A stretch of DNA of 63,807 nucleotides, counting the filler, from Conidiobolus incongruus B7586 (Eukaryota): the NCBI GenBank assembly GCA_000697335.1. It is 7 parts of 7 records of this genome, joined end to end, with 100 filler letters (N's around TTAATTAATTAA, not from the genome) between each part and the next. Parts side by side here need not be neighbours in the genome. Positions count along the whole stretch, not along the records: positions 1 to 2,523 come from JNEM01006136.1; positions 2,624 to 14,334 come from JNEM01006137.1; 5 more parts are not named here. One strand, given 5' to 3'. The notes beneath the pieces were generated by a model. It ran no database searches and was not told where the DNA came from. It saw nothing but the letters and a program-made list of their open reading frames with translations. The stretch's first letter is position 1. Every line of letters starts with the position of its first letter. Shown here piece after piece: positions 1 to 12,142 of this stretch. The translations under genes and the position numbers were made by a program.

Positions 1-2523
1 CGCCAGCATTAATGACAGGAAGGCTGGAGTGCTTGGCAGCTTCTTGAACACTTCCGGGTTGAGGATGACGAAGAACAATCACATCACCATATTGGTTCAA
101 GGTACGAACGGTGTCAGAGAGAGTTTCTCCCTTGACAACAGAGGAAGTGGTGGCATTAGTAGTGATAACTTGACCACCAAGACGAATCATAGCAGCTTCG
201 AAAGAGCAAGAGGTACGAGTTGAGGGTTCATAGAAGAGGTTGCACAAGACACGGCCTTGAAGCAAGTTAATAGAGCCATGACGCTTGACCATGATACCCA
301 TCTCTTGAGCAACTCCGAATAAGATGTGAAGTTGGTCACGAGTGAATTGGCTGGAGGAGAGAATGTGGTGACGGTAGAAGGGAGAGGAAGAATCAAGGAT
401 ATGAGCATTGGATAATTCGGGAACTGAAATGACCTTTTGAGGACGGGCAACTTCAGTAGAGGGAGTAGCAGTCTCAGCAGCTTCCTTGGAGATAGTGCGA
501 GAAGTAGCAGCAGTTTCACCCTTCAAGCTGAGGCGACGACCAGTAGTGGGAGGAAGGTCAAAGGTAGAAGTAATGGGAGACAAGGGAGCTTTCGAAGCGA
601 AAGTAGGAGTATCCTTGGAAACCTTCTGAGAGACATAGTGGGCATGGCTGGAAAGATCACGTCCCTTTAATTCTTGAGCAGGGAAGCGTCCATCAACGTA
701 AATGACTTGACCTTGGAAGACCACTCTTTGGACGAAAGCACGAGGAGCTTCCTTCAACCAAGGAGATAAGATAGATTTAGCATCAGCCTTTTGAGGACGA
801 ACACGGCCAATTTCAACATCAACATAGGTATCAGACTGTTCAGGAATGTTCAAGATTGCAGCAGGGCGAGTGTAGAGTTTGTCAATAATGTCATCAACAG
901 TCAATCTACCTTGATCAACAGCAGCTAACAATAAAGGAACAGCTTCGGAAATAGCATCGTAAGCAGTGGCTTCTCCCTCGAATTGAGCAGTTAATTGATG
1001 GGGTAACTTACCAACAGCGAAGCAATCAATATCATCAAGATGATCCCAGAGAGCTCGGACATCAGCAGGGCTGGAGACCAATCCTTGTAATTTATCGTTA
1101 TCGCTAACAAGGAATAAGTTGTGGATAGCAACATCACAAGTAACCTTCATACCGTTGGACTTGCTCATAGAAATTAACTCGATATCTTCTTGAGTAGAGA
1201 CATCGGTGACGTGAACGGCACGACGATTCAAGTTACTCAAGAGCAAGATGGAAGCAAGGTTGGAACCCTTAGCATTGGTAAAGATAGGAGTGTGATTAGG
1301 AACGGCCTTGAAAATTGAGTCAACTTCAGAAGTCTTGAAGGAGGACTTCTTATCGAATAAGATAGAAATGGCAGAAACATCATTGGACAAGTTAGTAAGA
1401 TCATTGATATTAGAGGAAGAACCAACCAAAGAGACGGTGTAGTTGGTCAAAGCATTGTTACGGCATTGAGTCAAAACCTTGTTCAAATCAGAGCGGCTGG
1501 TAATATCACCAGATTCAGAAGAAGGGACAATGGAAAGAGTTGTGAAACCACCAGCAACAGAAGCTTGGGCAATCTTAGAGAAGGCATCTTCAGAATCCAA
1601 CAAGTTGGGAACATAAGATTGAATGTTGATCAAGCCAGGGAGACGGAGAGATTTGTAGCTGGAAATGGAATCACCTTGGTAAATTTGGAATTCACTGTAA
1701 CGACTGATGGCTTCGACGAATAACTTGGCACATTTAATGTTGGTGATTAAAGGAATAGAGAAATCAACAGCCATTCTTCTGGTCTTGTAACCACGACTCA
1801 TATAGCTGGCAGGACGTCTGTAACGGTTACGAGATGGCAAGTTAATGTAGAGATCGATCAAGTTGTTAGCCAAGTGAGAGTTCAAACTATATTCAGATTT
1901 TTGTTGATCATTTTCATCTTCCAAAATTTCGAGATACTTGACGGGAATGTTGTGTTCTTGGATGAAATCAGCAGTACCAGAGGTGGCAAAGAGATTATAT
2001 CCAATTTCAGCCAATTTCTTGATGGAAGGTAAGAACTCAACTTTGTCTTTATAAGAACCTAAAGAGAGGAGGATGTTCTTCTTTGGAATAGAGAAACCAG
2101 TGGAAAGAAGAGCCTTGAGATAGGCAGAGTACTTATCGGGACCAAAACAAGCAACTTCACCAGTGGAAGCCATTTCGACACCGAGAATAGGATCAGCACC
2201 TGAAAGACGACTGAAACTGAATTGAGGAACCTTAACACCAACAAGGTTGAGGTTTTCTTTGGACTTGGGATAGGGTTCGAAGGGGAAACCAAGCATAGCC
2301 TTGGTAGCCATTTCAATTAAGTCAACACCAGTGACCTTGGAGACAAATGGGAAGGATCTAGCAGCTCTCAGGTTACATTCAATAACCTTGATTTCATTGT
2401 TCTTGGCAATGAATTGAATGTTGAAAGGACCAGTGACGTTAAGAGCATCACAAATCTTTTCGGTGGCAATTTCGATCTTCTTGACAGTTTCAGGATCCAA
2501 ATCTTGAGGAGGCAAGACAAGAG
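1..2523 (-). CDS. URA2: Multifunctional pyrimidine biosynthesis protein URA2/CAD, partial: CPSase C-terminus with MGS domain, pseudo-dihydroorotase and aspartate transcarbamylase N-terminal part
   Basis: Manual minus-strand translation (absent from the ORF track; open at both ends). It shows CPS motifs ([44 protein letters not shown]), a DHO-like [12 protein letters not shown] and VHVTDVST, and ATCase [16 protein letters not shown] and [23 protein letters not shown]. Confidence 0.96.
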
Positions 2524-2623
2524 NNNNNNNNNNNNNNNNNNNNNNNNNNNNNNNNNNNNNNNNNNNNTTAATTAATTAANNNNNNNNNNNNNNNNNNNNN
2601 NNNNNNNNNNNNNNNNNNNNNNN
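2524..2623. other. Artificial contig linker (N44-TTAATTAATTAA-N44)
   Basis: Same 100-nt spacer occurs six times; its core has stops in all six frames. Confidence 0.98.
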
Positions 2624-2633
2624 CTTCCGATCT
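2624..2633 (+). other. Probable untrimmed Illumina adapter remnant (CTTCCGATCT)
   Basis: The first 10 nt of the contig equal the 3' end of the Illumina adapter (..GCTCTTCCGATCT); SHMT similarity starts right after. Confidence 0.7.
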
Positions 2634-2636
2634 TAA

Positions 2637-3941
2637 TGGTCTGGTTTAGAACTTATTGCTTCCGAAAACTTCACCTCTGCTGCTGTCATGGAAGCCAACG
2701 GATCTGTTTTTACTAACAAGTACTCTGAAGGTCTTCCTGGTGCCCGTTATTATGGAGGTAATGAAATTGTTGATCAAGTTGAAAATCTTTGCCGCGAACG
2801 TGCCTTAAAGGCTTTCCATCTTGATCCTGCCCAATGGGGCTGTAACGTCCAACCTTACTCTGGTAGTACTGCTAACTTTGCCGCCTTCACCGGTATGATC
2901 CAACCCTTTGATCGTGTCATGGGCTTAGATCTTCCCTCTGGTGGTCACTTGACCCATGGTTACCAAACTGACAAGAAGAAGATCTCTTCTTCCTCCATTT
3001 ATTTCCAATCTATGCCCTATCAAGTTGACAATGAAACTGGTTACATTGATTATGATCGTTTAGAACAGAATGCCGCCTTATTCCGTCCCAAGATTTTGAT
3101 TTGTGGCGCCTCAGCCTACCCCCGTGACTTTGACTTCCCTCGCTTGCGTAAGATTGCTGACAACCACGGTGCTTACCTTTTGTGTGATATGGCTCACATC
3201 TCTGGCTTAGTTGCCGCCCAAGAAATTTCTAATCCTTTTGAATACTGTGATGTAGTCACCACCACTACTCACAAGACTCTCAGAGGCCCTCGTGCTGGTA
3301 TCATTTTCTTCCGTAAGGGTGACGATGATAAGCACAAGACCCTCGAATCCAGAATCAACCAAGCTGTCTTCCCCTCTTGTCAAGGTGGCCCCCACAATCA
3401 CACCATTGCTGCTATCGCCGTTGCCTTAAAGCAAGCTGCCAGTCCCGAATTCAAGCAATATGCTCAGCAAGTCAAACGCAATGCTCTCAAATTATCTGAT
3501 GAACTTACCAAGCGTGGTTACAAGATCGTCACTGGCGGTACTGAAAATCATCTTGTCCTCTGGGATTTACGTCCTCAGAAATTGACTGGTTCCAAATTGG
3601 AAAAGGTTTGTGATTTACTCAATATCACCATCAATAAGAACGCTGTTCATGGAGATGTTTCTGCCCTCTCTCCTGGTGGTGTACGCTTGGGTGCTTCTTC
3701 CTTAACCTCTAGATCTTTCTCTGAAGAAGACTTTGTCAAGGTTGCCGATTTCTTAGATCGCGCCGTCAAGATTGCTCTCGATGTGCAATCCAAGGCCGCT
3801 TCCAAATTGATGAAGGACTTCGTTGTTGCTCTTCAAGGAAACACCGAAATTGAAGCCCTTCGCAAAGAAGTCATAGAATATGCTCACACTTTCCCTATGC
3901 CTGGTTTCGATCCTTCTCAAATTAAGCTTCCCTCCAACTAG
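2637..3941 (+). CDS. SHMT: Serine hydroxymethyltransferase, 5'-truncated by the contig edge
   Basis: [12 protein letters not shown] lies in frame upstream of the ORF-track ATG; also [22 protein letters not shown] and the PLP-lysine motif [11 protein letters not shown]. Cytosolic versus mitochondrial cannot be judged without the N-terminus. Confidence 0.97.
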   Translation, partial: WSGLELIASENFTSAAVMEANGSVFTNKYSEGLPGARYYGGNEIVDQVENLCRERALKAFHLDPAQWGCNVQPYSGSTANFAAFTGMIQPFDRVMGLDLPSGGHLTHGYQTDKKKISSSSIYFQSMPYQVDNETGYIDYDRLEQNAALFRPKILICGASAYPRDFDFPRLRKIADNHGAYLLCDMAHISGLVAAQEISNPFEYCDVVTTTTHKTLRGPRAGIIFFRKGDDDKHKTLESRINQAVFPSCQGGPHNHTIAAIAVALKQAASPEFKQYAQQVKRNALKLSDELTKRGYKIVTGGTENHLVLWDLRPQKLTGSKLEKVCDLLNITINKNAVHGDVSALSPGGVRLGASSLTSRSFSEEDFVKVADFLDRAVKIALDVQSKAASKLMKDFVVALQGNTEIEALRKEVIEYAHTFPMPGFDPSQIKLPSN

Positions 3942-5223
3942 ATCATTCATATTAGATAAGTGTTAAATAGTAAAACAATGAAATAAACTTTAAAAATTAA
4001 TTCATATATTATATTACTCCATAATTTGAATAATATTAGTATGACTGATATTATATATATTATATAATTGTATCTATATTAATGAGACATATTATTTAAA
4101 TTGCAAATAACAATTCAATCTAATCAATAATTTTAAGGTTGGTGATGTAATTGGGTTAAAAATTAGAATTGTCCCGGACAACCAAGGATTCATTCAATTT
4201 GAACACTTATTCGCATACATTCAAAGAATTCACATACTAAACAATTGGTTAATAGTCACATTTGATTATTTTAGTTTTATTTTATGATTAATATCCACCT
4301 TGTATTACCATACGTATAAATTTTATAAAATCTATAGGGTCAACATATTGACCTCAAATCTAAAGTATTAAGTACTAGTTATATTTTGATAAACTCTCAA
4401 TAGAATAATGAATTTTATTTAAAAAATTTAAATTAATCACTTGATTAAATTAAGTGAGGCACTTATATAATAAATTTAATATGATTCAAAGCTTATATAT
4501 ATTATTTTTATATAAAACAGCTTTTACTTGGTTGATCCGCCTATAATATCCACTTTAAATTATATGTAAATTTGAGTTATTAATTAATTTGGATATTGAT
4601 TCAGTAATAAGATTAAACTTTTAAATAATTCTTGTTGATTGAAAATTTTAAAAAGATATGTTTATTTTAAAAATAAATTTGTATACAATATTAAACAATA
4701 ATAATAATTGTAATTACTCTAATTTAAAAATCAAATCATTTTTTAAGGAAATTATAAAAAAGTTTATCATTTAATATAATTAATATATTCAAATATAAAA
4801 TTATAATTAAATAGGTATGTATGAGTGATCAAGTACACTAAAACTTGTGATAATAATATAATGTATGTTTCATTATTCATGTCCGGTAAAATTATAATTC
4901 AATATATTGACATTGAAACTGAATGCTAAGATACCCGTATATGTATGTATTATAACCATTAAAATCATAAAATATAAGTTCATATTTGAATTATTTTTAT
5001 ATTATATATCATGGTGTCTAAATTAAAAATTAATTAAATAATTTGAATATTTATGAGATAAATGAAACATTTTTGAAAAATAAAGAAACTATAATATGTA
5101 TTTCATATTGATTAAAATTTGTTTGATTATTTTAATATTGTCATAATCTCAAAATTCATATTAGAAATATTTTATAAAATGAATAAAATATGATTATTAA
5201 TTTAAAAAATTATTAGTAATAGA

Positions 5224-5232
5224 ATCCCATAA
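5224..5232 (+). promoter_or_regulatory. Recurrent upstream motif ATCCCATAA (PMS1 promoter)
   Basis: Exact 9-mer about 80 nt upstream of the ATG; recurs upstream of four other genes. Confidence 0.5.
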
Positions 5233-5310
5233 ACGTAATTTAATTAATCTCGTGTTTAAATTAATTTACCACGTATTACTTTCGTCTAAAATATACGATC
5301 AAATGATAAA

Positions 5311-8140
5311 ATGGTGTTGAATAAATTGAATAATCAATCAATAGCAAAACTTTGTTCAGATCAAGTAGTATTAGACTTAAGCTCTATTGTTAAGGAACTT
5401 GTAGAAAATGCCCTCGATGCAGGTGCTACTCAAATTGGTAAATAATTTTTTCGTGAATCGTGCACATAGTTCAATTTAATTTGTTATAGATGTCAAACTT
5501 GGAAATCAAGGCTTGGATTTCATTGAAGTTTCTGACAATGGAAAGGGGATGTCTGCTGAAGACCTTGCTTTTGCTGGTATATCTGATCATAATATTTGAT
5601 TTCGGTATGCTGACATTATTTTTTAGGTAAAAAGTATTACACATCCAAACTTATTGATTTTGAGGATTTGGAAAACGTTAATACTTATGGATTTCGAGGG
5701 GAAGCGCTTAGTTCAATATGCTCCCTGGCTAAGGTCACTATCACCACCAATTGTGATCCTAACAATTCAAAGGGGATTTATGTTGAGTTAGACGAGAATG
5801 GTGATATTACTGATAAGTCAGTTATAGCTAGACAAGTATATATTACTATTCTTAGATTAGTTACTCAATCACTAAGCATTTTTGATAGCTTGGCTCATCG
5901 GTTAAAGTTTCTAATGTATTCCATCGATTGCCAGTCAGACAGAAAGAGATGCAAAGGAATATTAAAAAAGAGTATAACAAACTTGTACACACACTTCAAG
6001 CGTTAGCTTTGGTGCAAACTAAAGTCAAATTCTCTTTATCTCAAACGGTTTCTAAAGGGTCAGTATTATTTTGAATGGTTTAAATTTCACTCAATGTAAT
6101 TATATGAATAGGGGAGCAAAGATGCTTTTTAAGACCCCAGGGAATGGCTCTAGCATGGATCATATTACTAGTGTTTTAGGAAATCAGCTACTGCCATTGA
6201 TATCCCCTTTTCATCTTGATCTGAGCATAGAAAAACACAAGATCAATATTAATGGGTATATATCTAAACCTATAGCTGGGTGTGGCCGTTCTACAGGAAC
6301 TTTGCAATTCTTGTCTATTCAATCCAGACCATGCAACATTCCCAAAGTATTTTGTGTTAATTTCTTCTTTCAGTTCTATATATTAACACTGTTTTAGATT
6401 CAAAAAGTTTTTAATGAAATATATAAATCAATCAACCCGCATCAATATCCATTTATTGTTGCCAATATTTCATGTCCACCAAGTAAATATAGAATATTGA
6501 TTATTATTCTTAAATTACTTATATTTTTTGTTATGCTTACCTTAGATATATACGATGTGAATGTAACTCCTGATAAAAGAACCATATTCTTACATCATGA
6601 AAATAAAATATTGGATGAAATTAAGGTAACCTTAAAGTTTAAATCAAAGCAATCAATAACCATTTCTTTAGAATAATCTCCCATTTATCCTTAATGATCT
6701 GAACTCAGAAATATCTATAAAAGTTTCCAATATTCAACCTGGAAACAAGATAAATTCTCAATTAAAACAGCGACTCATTTCTCAAATATCCGAAATGAAT
6801 ATCCAAGCTCAAGTGGATCCCAAGGATGACAAGGATACTTCAGCCAAGCCAACGAGCTTCACTAATAATCCCATTTCAATAAAAACAAAATCTATAGCTC
6901 AGCAATTTAGCATTATTGATGATTCAAAACAAACTTGCTCAGATTCAGTCCCAAAAACGCAGATAAAATCAAGAGAAAACAGTGTATCTAAAACCATTGA
7001 TGTTAATCCTGTCAGAATTATTGATCCAGAACCTGTGAATCAAGTTCAATCCAGTACACGAAATTTGAAACGAATGGTAGATATCATTGATGACGATTCT
7101 TTACCAGTCTCTAAAATTCAAGTACCATTTAATACTTTATCCCCTCCTAAACCGCCAGTTGTTCATATCACAACAATATTTCCAAAACGAGATCCTTTGA
7201 AAAACACCTCTCCCACTAAAATTTTAAAAAATCAAGATGATCATCCAACTTTAAATATCCCTAAAAAGCCAGTTCTCAGTTGGGACTACCAAGACCTAGA
7301 AGAGGATATGTCAGTGGAGCCTAGCAATGGAGCGGAATTAGATCACAGAGTAGGAGTTAATGTTCAAAATGATAGTAACACGATAGAGGAAAATTTGCAG
7401 CACTCTTTGACGATTCAAAAGGCGGATTTTGAACACATGAAAATTATTGGACAATTTAATCATGGTTTTATCATTGTCCAGCTCCAGCATCATTTATTTA
7501 TCGTTGATCAACATGCTTCGGATGAAAAATATACCTTTGAAACACTTCAAGAAACTTCCACATTCAAGCCTCAACCCCTGATCCGCCCAAAACTCATGCA
7601 TCTATCTATCCAAGATGAAATTGTCGCCATTGATCAGAAAGATCACCTCGAAGCCAATGGGTTCAAATTCGATATAGACTACTCATCTTCCCCTGGAAAT
7701 CGTATTCAACTGACTTCTTTTCCTGATTCAAAGGGCGTTATATTTGATGAATCAGGTAAGTGTAATCAATTGCTCTAAAATTAGCATTTCCACTCATGGT
7801 TTAATAGACTTTATGGATCTAATCCACCGACTCTCTCATCACCCTCATCCCAGCGTTCGATGTCAGAAAGTATATGATCTTTTAGCTAGTAGAGCATGCA
7901 GAGCAGCTGTTATGATTGGTGATCCACTTGATTATTATACAATGGTTAAAGTAAGTTTTAGTCTGATAAATATTTGTTTAGTGGTACTGAATTGATTGAT
8001 TAGATTGTAAGAAATATGGGTCAGATTCAATTTCCCTGGGTAATGATTATACTATTCAATGATAATATCGTGAACTAACCCAAGTTTAGAATTGCCCACA
8101 TGGTAGGCCTACCATTCGTCATTTATACAGATTATCTTAA
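5311..8140 (+). CDS. PMS1: MutL-family mismatch repair endonuclease PMS1 (PMS2 orthologue), about 11 exons
   Basis: [18 protein letters not shown] and [11 protein letters not shown] (GHKL ATPase); [10 protein letters not shown]; endonuclease motif [12 protein letters not shown] and terminal NCPHGRPT; ten GT-AG introns read by eye. Confidence 0.95.
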
Positions 8141-8479
8141 TTTTATAATTAAAAAATAATAAATGAACTTTCAGGAGTCGAAACCTCTGATAATGTGTAA
8201 GAATGGCTGCTCCCAGTCCTGAGTTTTATAACCGAATTCTATTAATGAACAAGGGAAATAATAATTAATTATCATAAATTGTATAGGCTGACTTTATTAT
8301 ATTAGTATATATATAATTTATCAACAATAAATAAAAATATTATCGATAAAAGATCAAGTAATGGCGAAATCAATATTTTGGGATTATTTATGTAGTTTAT
8401 TAAATGATCTATATTTAATACAATTAGTTTAATCAAATTTTAAACTATAAGTTTTAATTGATTAATGAAATGTAAGTTA

Positions 8480-8488
8480 ATCCCATAA
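8480..8488 (+). promoter_or_regulatory. Recurrent upstream motif ATCCCATAA (KAP104 promoter)
   Basis: Exact 9-mer about 135 nt upstream of the ATG at 8623. Confidence 0.5.
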
Positions 8489-8622
8489 TTTCAAAAAGGA
8501 TAAAAGAATATGACGGTTGATTTAATACCAAAAAATATTACATAACCAATTGATAAACTATTTAATCATAAACCGATATTTTAATCCCCTTTTAATTGGC
8601 TGAATAATTTCAATTTTTAATT

Positions 8623-11508
8623 ATGGATTGGCAACCTCAGCCTGATGGTTTACAACAAATTTTAGAGATTTTAAGAAATGGTCAAAGTATTGATAATAAA
8701 GTACAAGCTGAAAATAGAGAGGTAATAAATACTTAGATCAAAAAAACTCAATTTATTTATGTAATATTAGAGATTAGCTGTTTTAGCTGACCATCAAGAC
8801 TTTCCAAACTATTTATTGCATGTCACTATTTTTTCACCTAATGAAGATATAATTATCCGCAAGATGGCTGCCCTCGTTCTGAAATCTAGCTTATCTCGAA
8901 TTATGCCTAAATTGCCACCTGCCAATGTTGAGTACATTAAAAAAGCTCTTGTTCAGGGTTTAAGTGATAGTGACAAGGGTATTCGCGATGTATGTGGTAC
9001 TGTTATCAGTAATTTATTATACTTGGGAGGTTTGAAAGTCTGGCCAGAGCTAATATCAGGTTTAGTTCAATTCTTAGATGTTCAAAACTATGAAACTGTT
9101 GAAGTAATTTTTTTTCTATAATTTAGAAATTTCAATATTTTAATTCAAAATATTTTAGGGTGCTTTAAGAACTTTAGATAAAATATGCGAAGATCACGGC
9201 AAAGAATTGGAGCAAGATATCAATGGAACAGTTCCTGCTCATCTTGTTTTTCCTAAATTTTTAACCTTAATGGACTCGTCTGATGAAACTCTCTCATTAT
9301 TAGCTTTATCCTGTATATCGAATCTGCTCATTTCCAACTGCCCTTCGTTCAATAATTATGTTGAAGCTATCAGGGCCAATCTTTTCAAGAAAGCTGACCA
9401 CACAAACCCTGAAGTGAGGAAATTAGTTTGTAAATCTTTAATTTCCTTATTAGAATTGCGCCCTGATACATTAATGTCTGAGTTGAATAATCTGATCCAG
9501 TATATGATCCATTGTACCAAGAGCGATGATGACTATGTTGCATTGGAAGCTTGCGAATTTTGGATGGCTGTAGCTGATTTGGAAGATGTCTCTCAGCATA
9601 TTCCCCCTTATTTACCTGTAATCATACCTACACTTCTTGAAAGAATGGTCTATAGCGAAGAAGAAATCTTTGCTCTTGGAGGTGATGAAGATGATGCAGA
9701 TGTTCCTGACGAAGCTAAAGACATTAAGCCTCATCATCATCACTCTAAACTTCACAGTCATCAGCACATTCCCAATACTGAAGATGACAATGACAAATCT
9801 AGATCGGAACATAAGGATGGCATGAATGATGACGATGACGATGATGACTATGACGATGACGATGATGATGACGATAGAAATGAGTGGAATATCCGTAAAT
9901 GTGCTGCTGCATCTTTGGATCTGTTTTCCCACAAATTCGAAGCTGCCATCCTCCCACCTTTATTCCCACTTCTTCAGTCAGCATTACAAAGTCAAGACTG
10001 GAAGGTTTGTGAAAGTGGCATTCTTGCTTTGGGTGCCATTGCTGAGGGCTGTTATGAAGGAGTCGAATCCCATCTTCCCGAATTGATTCCCCTTTTATTG
10101 CAAAATCTCCAAAATCGTCAACGCCTTATTCGCTCCATCTCTTGCTGGACTTTAAGTCGATATGTTCCTTTTATGATCAAAGTTGCTACTCCAGAACACC
10201 TTGAGCTCTATATGACTCCTGTTCTCCAGTCCTTATTAAATGCCATATTGGATAATAGCAAAAAGGTCCAAGAAACTGCTTGCAGCGCCTTTTCTGTTTT
10301 GGCTGAATCTGCTCGTAGTTTGTTAGAGCCTTATCTCGATCCTATTGTGAATACTCTCTCTACTGCTTTAGGAAAATATCAGAGAAAAAATATGGCTATC
10401 CTCTATGATTCCATTGGAACCTTAACTGATGCAGTTGGTAAAGCAATCAACCAACCTCGCTATTTAGACTTATTCATGCCCAGATTAATGAATACCTTCA
10501 CTTCTCAGCACGATGAAGATAGAGATGCCTTGCCTTTGTGTGAATGTTTTGGATATATTTGCACTGGTTTACAGGATGGCATTTTGCCCTATGCACCAGT
10601 TTTATTCGAAAAGAGCTTTAGAATTGTCAGTGACATCTTAATGACCGAACAGCTTTTCTTGGCAGGCCAGATTCAGGAATCTCCTGACAAGGAATTTTTG
10701 GTTGGCTACTTGGATCTTTTAAGTAGTTTAGCTCAAGCACTTGGACCTCAATGTGAGCCTCTTTTAGCCAATTATGCCAATAACATTCCTCAGATCGTCA
10801 TGGCAAGTATGGCTGATAATTATGCAGATGTTAGACAATCTGCTTATGCTGTTCTCGGAGACTTTGCAGTACCTGCAGGTACTATTTTGGAGCCTCATAT
10901 GAATGATATCTTGACCAAGTTAGTAACTGAGATTACCCCTGAGAATCCCTTCCCCAATGTATGTAACAATGCTATTTGGTCTCTTGGTGAGCTTTCATTA
11001 GTGTGGGGTAACAAGGTTACTCCCTATGTTGCTCCCATCGCTGAAAGATTAATTAGAATGTTGTTGATTCCCTCCACAATTCGTACTATTGCTGAAAATT
11101 GTGCTATTACTTTGGGGCGACTTGGTGTTGGCAGTCCTGAAATTATTGCCCCCCATTTGGAACACTTCTCTGAGCCTTGGTTCCGTATTTTGCGATATGT
11201 CACCGATAACGAAGAAAAGGCTTCTGCCTTCCGAGGAATGCTCCAGATGATTCAACTCAATCCCACTGGTTTGACAAAATCATTTGTTTTCTTCTGTGAT
11301 GCAGTTGTCAATTATCAGAATCCAGGACCTTTCTTAGATGACTATTTCAAAAAGGTATTGTTTTTTATTCAATTCAATTTCTTTTTGCTAACTATTTGTT
11401 TAGATTTTAGAAGGCTATAAAACAATGGTTGGTCCCAACTGGGATGGCTATTTCTCTACGTTTCCCGAAACCATCAAAAACCCATTGATCGCTCGTTATG
11501 GATTATAA
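8623..11508 (+). CDS. KAP104: Transportin-1 / importin beta-2 (karyopherin), 4 exons
   Basis: Starts MDWQPQPDGLQQIL; HEAT repeats; VALEACEFW; acidic H8 loop followed by WNIRKCAAASLD; ESGILALGAIAEGC; ends ARYGL*. Confidence 0.95.
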
Positions 11509-12142
11509 TTGAGTTTATTCATATTTTCCTAATTCATTCATCAGCTTTCTGTAAAATTTATGATTTCATATTAAAAACATATAACTTGTTCAATTATTAA
11601 ATCAATAGTTTTAACTATTTTATTAATGATTATATTTATTTTGAATAATTTATATATCTAATATAATAATTGAATCATTTATTTTTCTTATGCTAAGAAA
11701 GCATATAGTTTGATAGAAATAGTTTTCATTTATAATTTTAATAAACAAAATATTATTATTTTAATTATTATTCTAAGCTTTTGAATATAAATAAAAATAA
11801 TCATGGACTAATAAAATCGAACTGATAGTGCATCAATATTAATTTTAACAATCAATATATAGTTAATTATCTTTCGAGCGTATTTTACTATAATTTAATA
11901 TTTGATAGTATTTTTAAATTTATTTTCTTTAAATTAATTTTTAGTAATGAATATATTCTGAAAATTACCCAGAATAAATATGAAACTATTTCTTGGTAAA
12001 TAGTAAATAACAATCAATAATCCACTTTTAATAAATGCCAAGTTTTTTTTACAATAAACCCATATATTAAAAGAGATAAATTTATTTATTATAAAATGTC
12101 ACCTAAGTGTGACTCCATCAAATATCAATTTATATATAGTTA

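Noticed and set aside
29..2316. Short ORF-track ORFs overlapping URA2, and similar antisense or alternate-frame ORFs inside KAP104, tyrosinase, SPT6, the HECT gene and the Fungal_trans gene
   Set aside because: They are shadows of codon-biased real genes, with no independent motifs.
2568..2579. Recurring palindrome TTAATTAATTAA as a biological repeat or CRISPR-like element
   Set aside because: It is always centred in N44/N44 padding; it is a six-frame-stop concatenation spacer.
1..3941. URA2 next to SHMT as a nucleotide-metabolism gene cluster
   Set aside because: They are separated by an artificial linker and both are truncated at contig edges, so the adjacency is an assembly artefact.
5438..8089. 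Minor (U12) or non-canonical introns
   Set aside because: All introns I could delimit here and in the other genes are short GT-AG introns with no GTATCCTT or ATATCCTT donor.
8161..8240. tRNA-Sec, SECIS element or hammerhead ribozyme
   Set aside because: No UCA anticodon arm; SECIS core spacing does not fit and PMS1 has no in-frame TGA; GAAA and CTGA are too close and lack the stems for a hammerhead.
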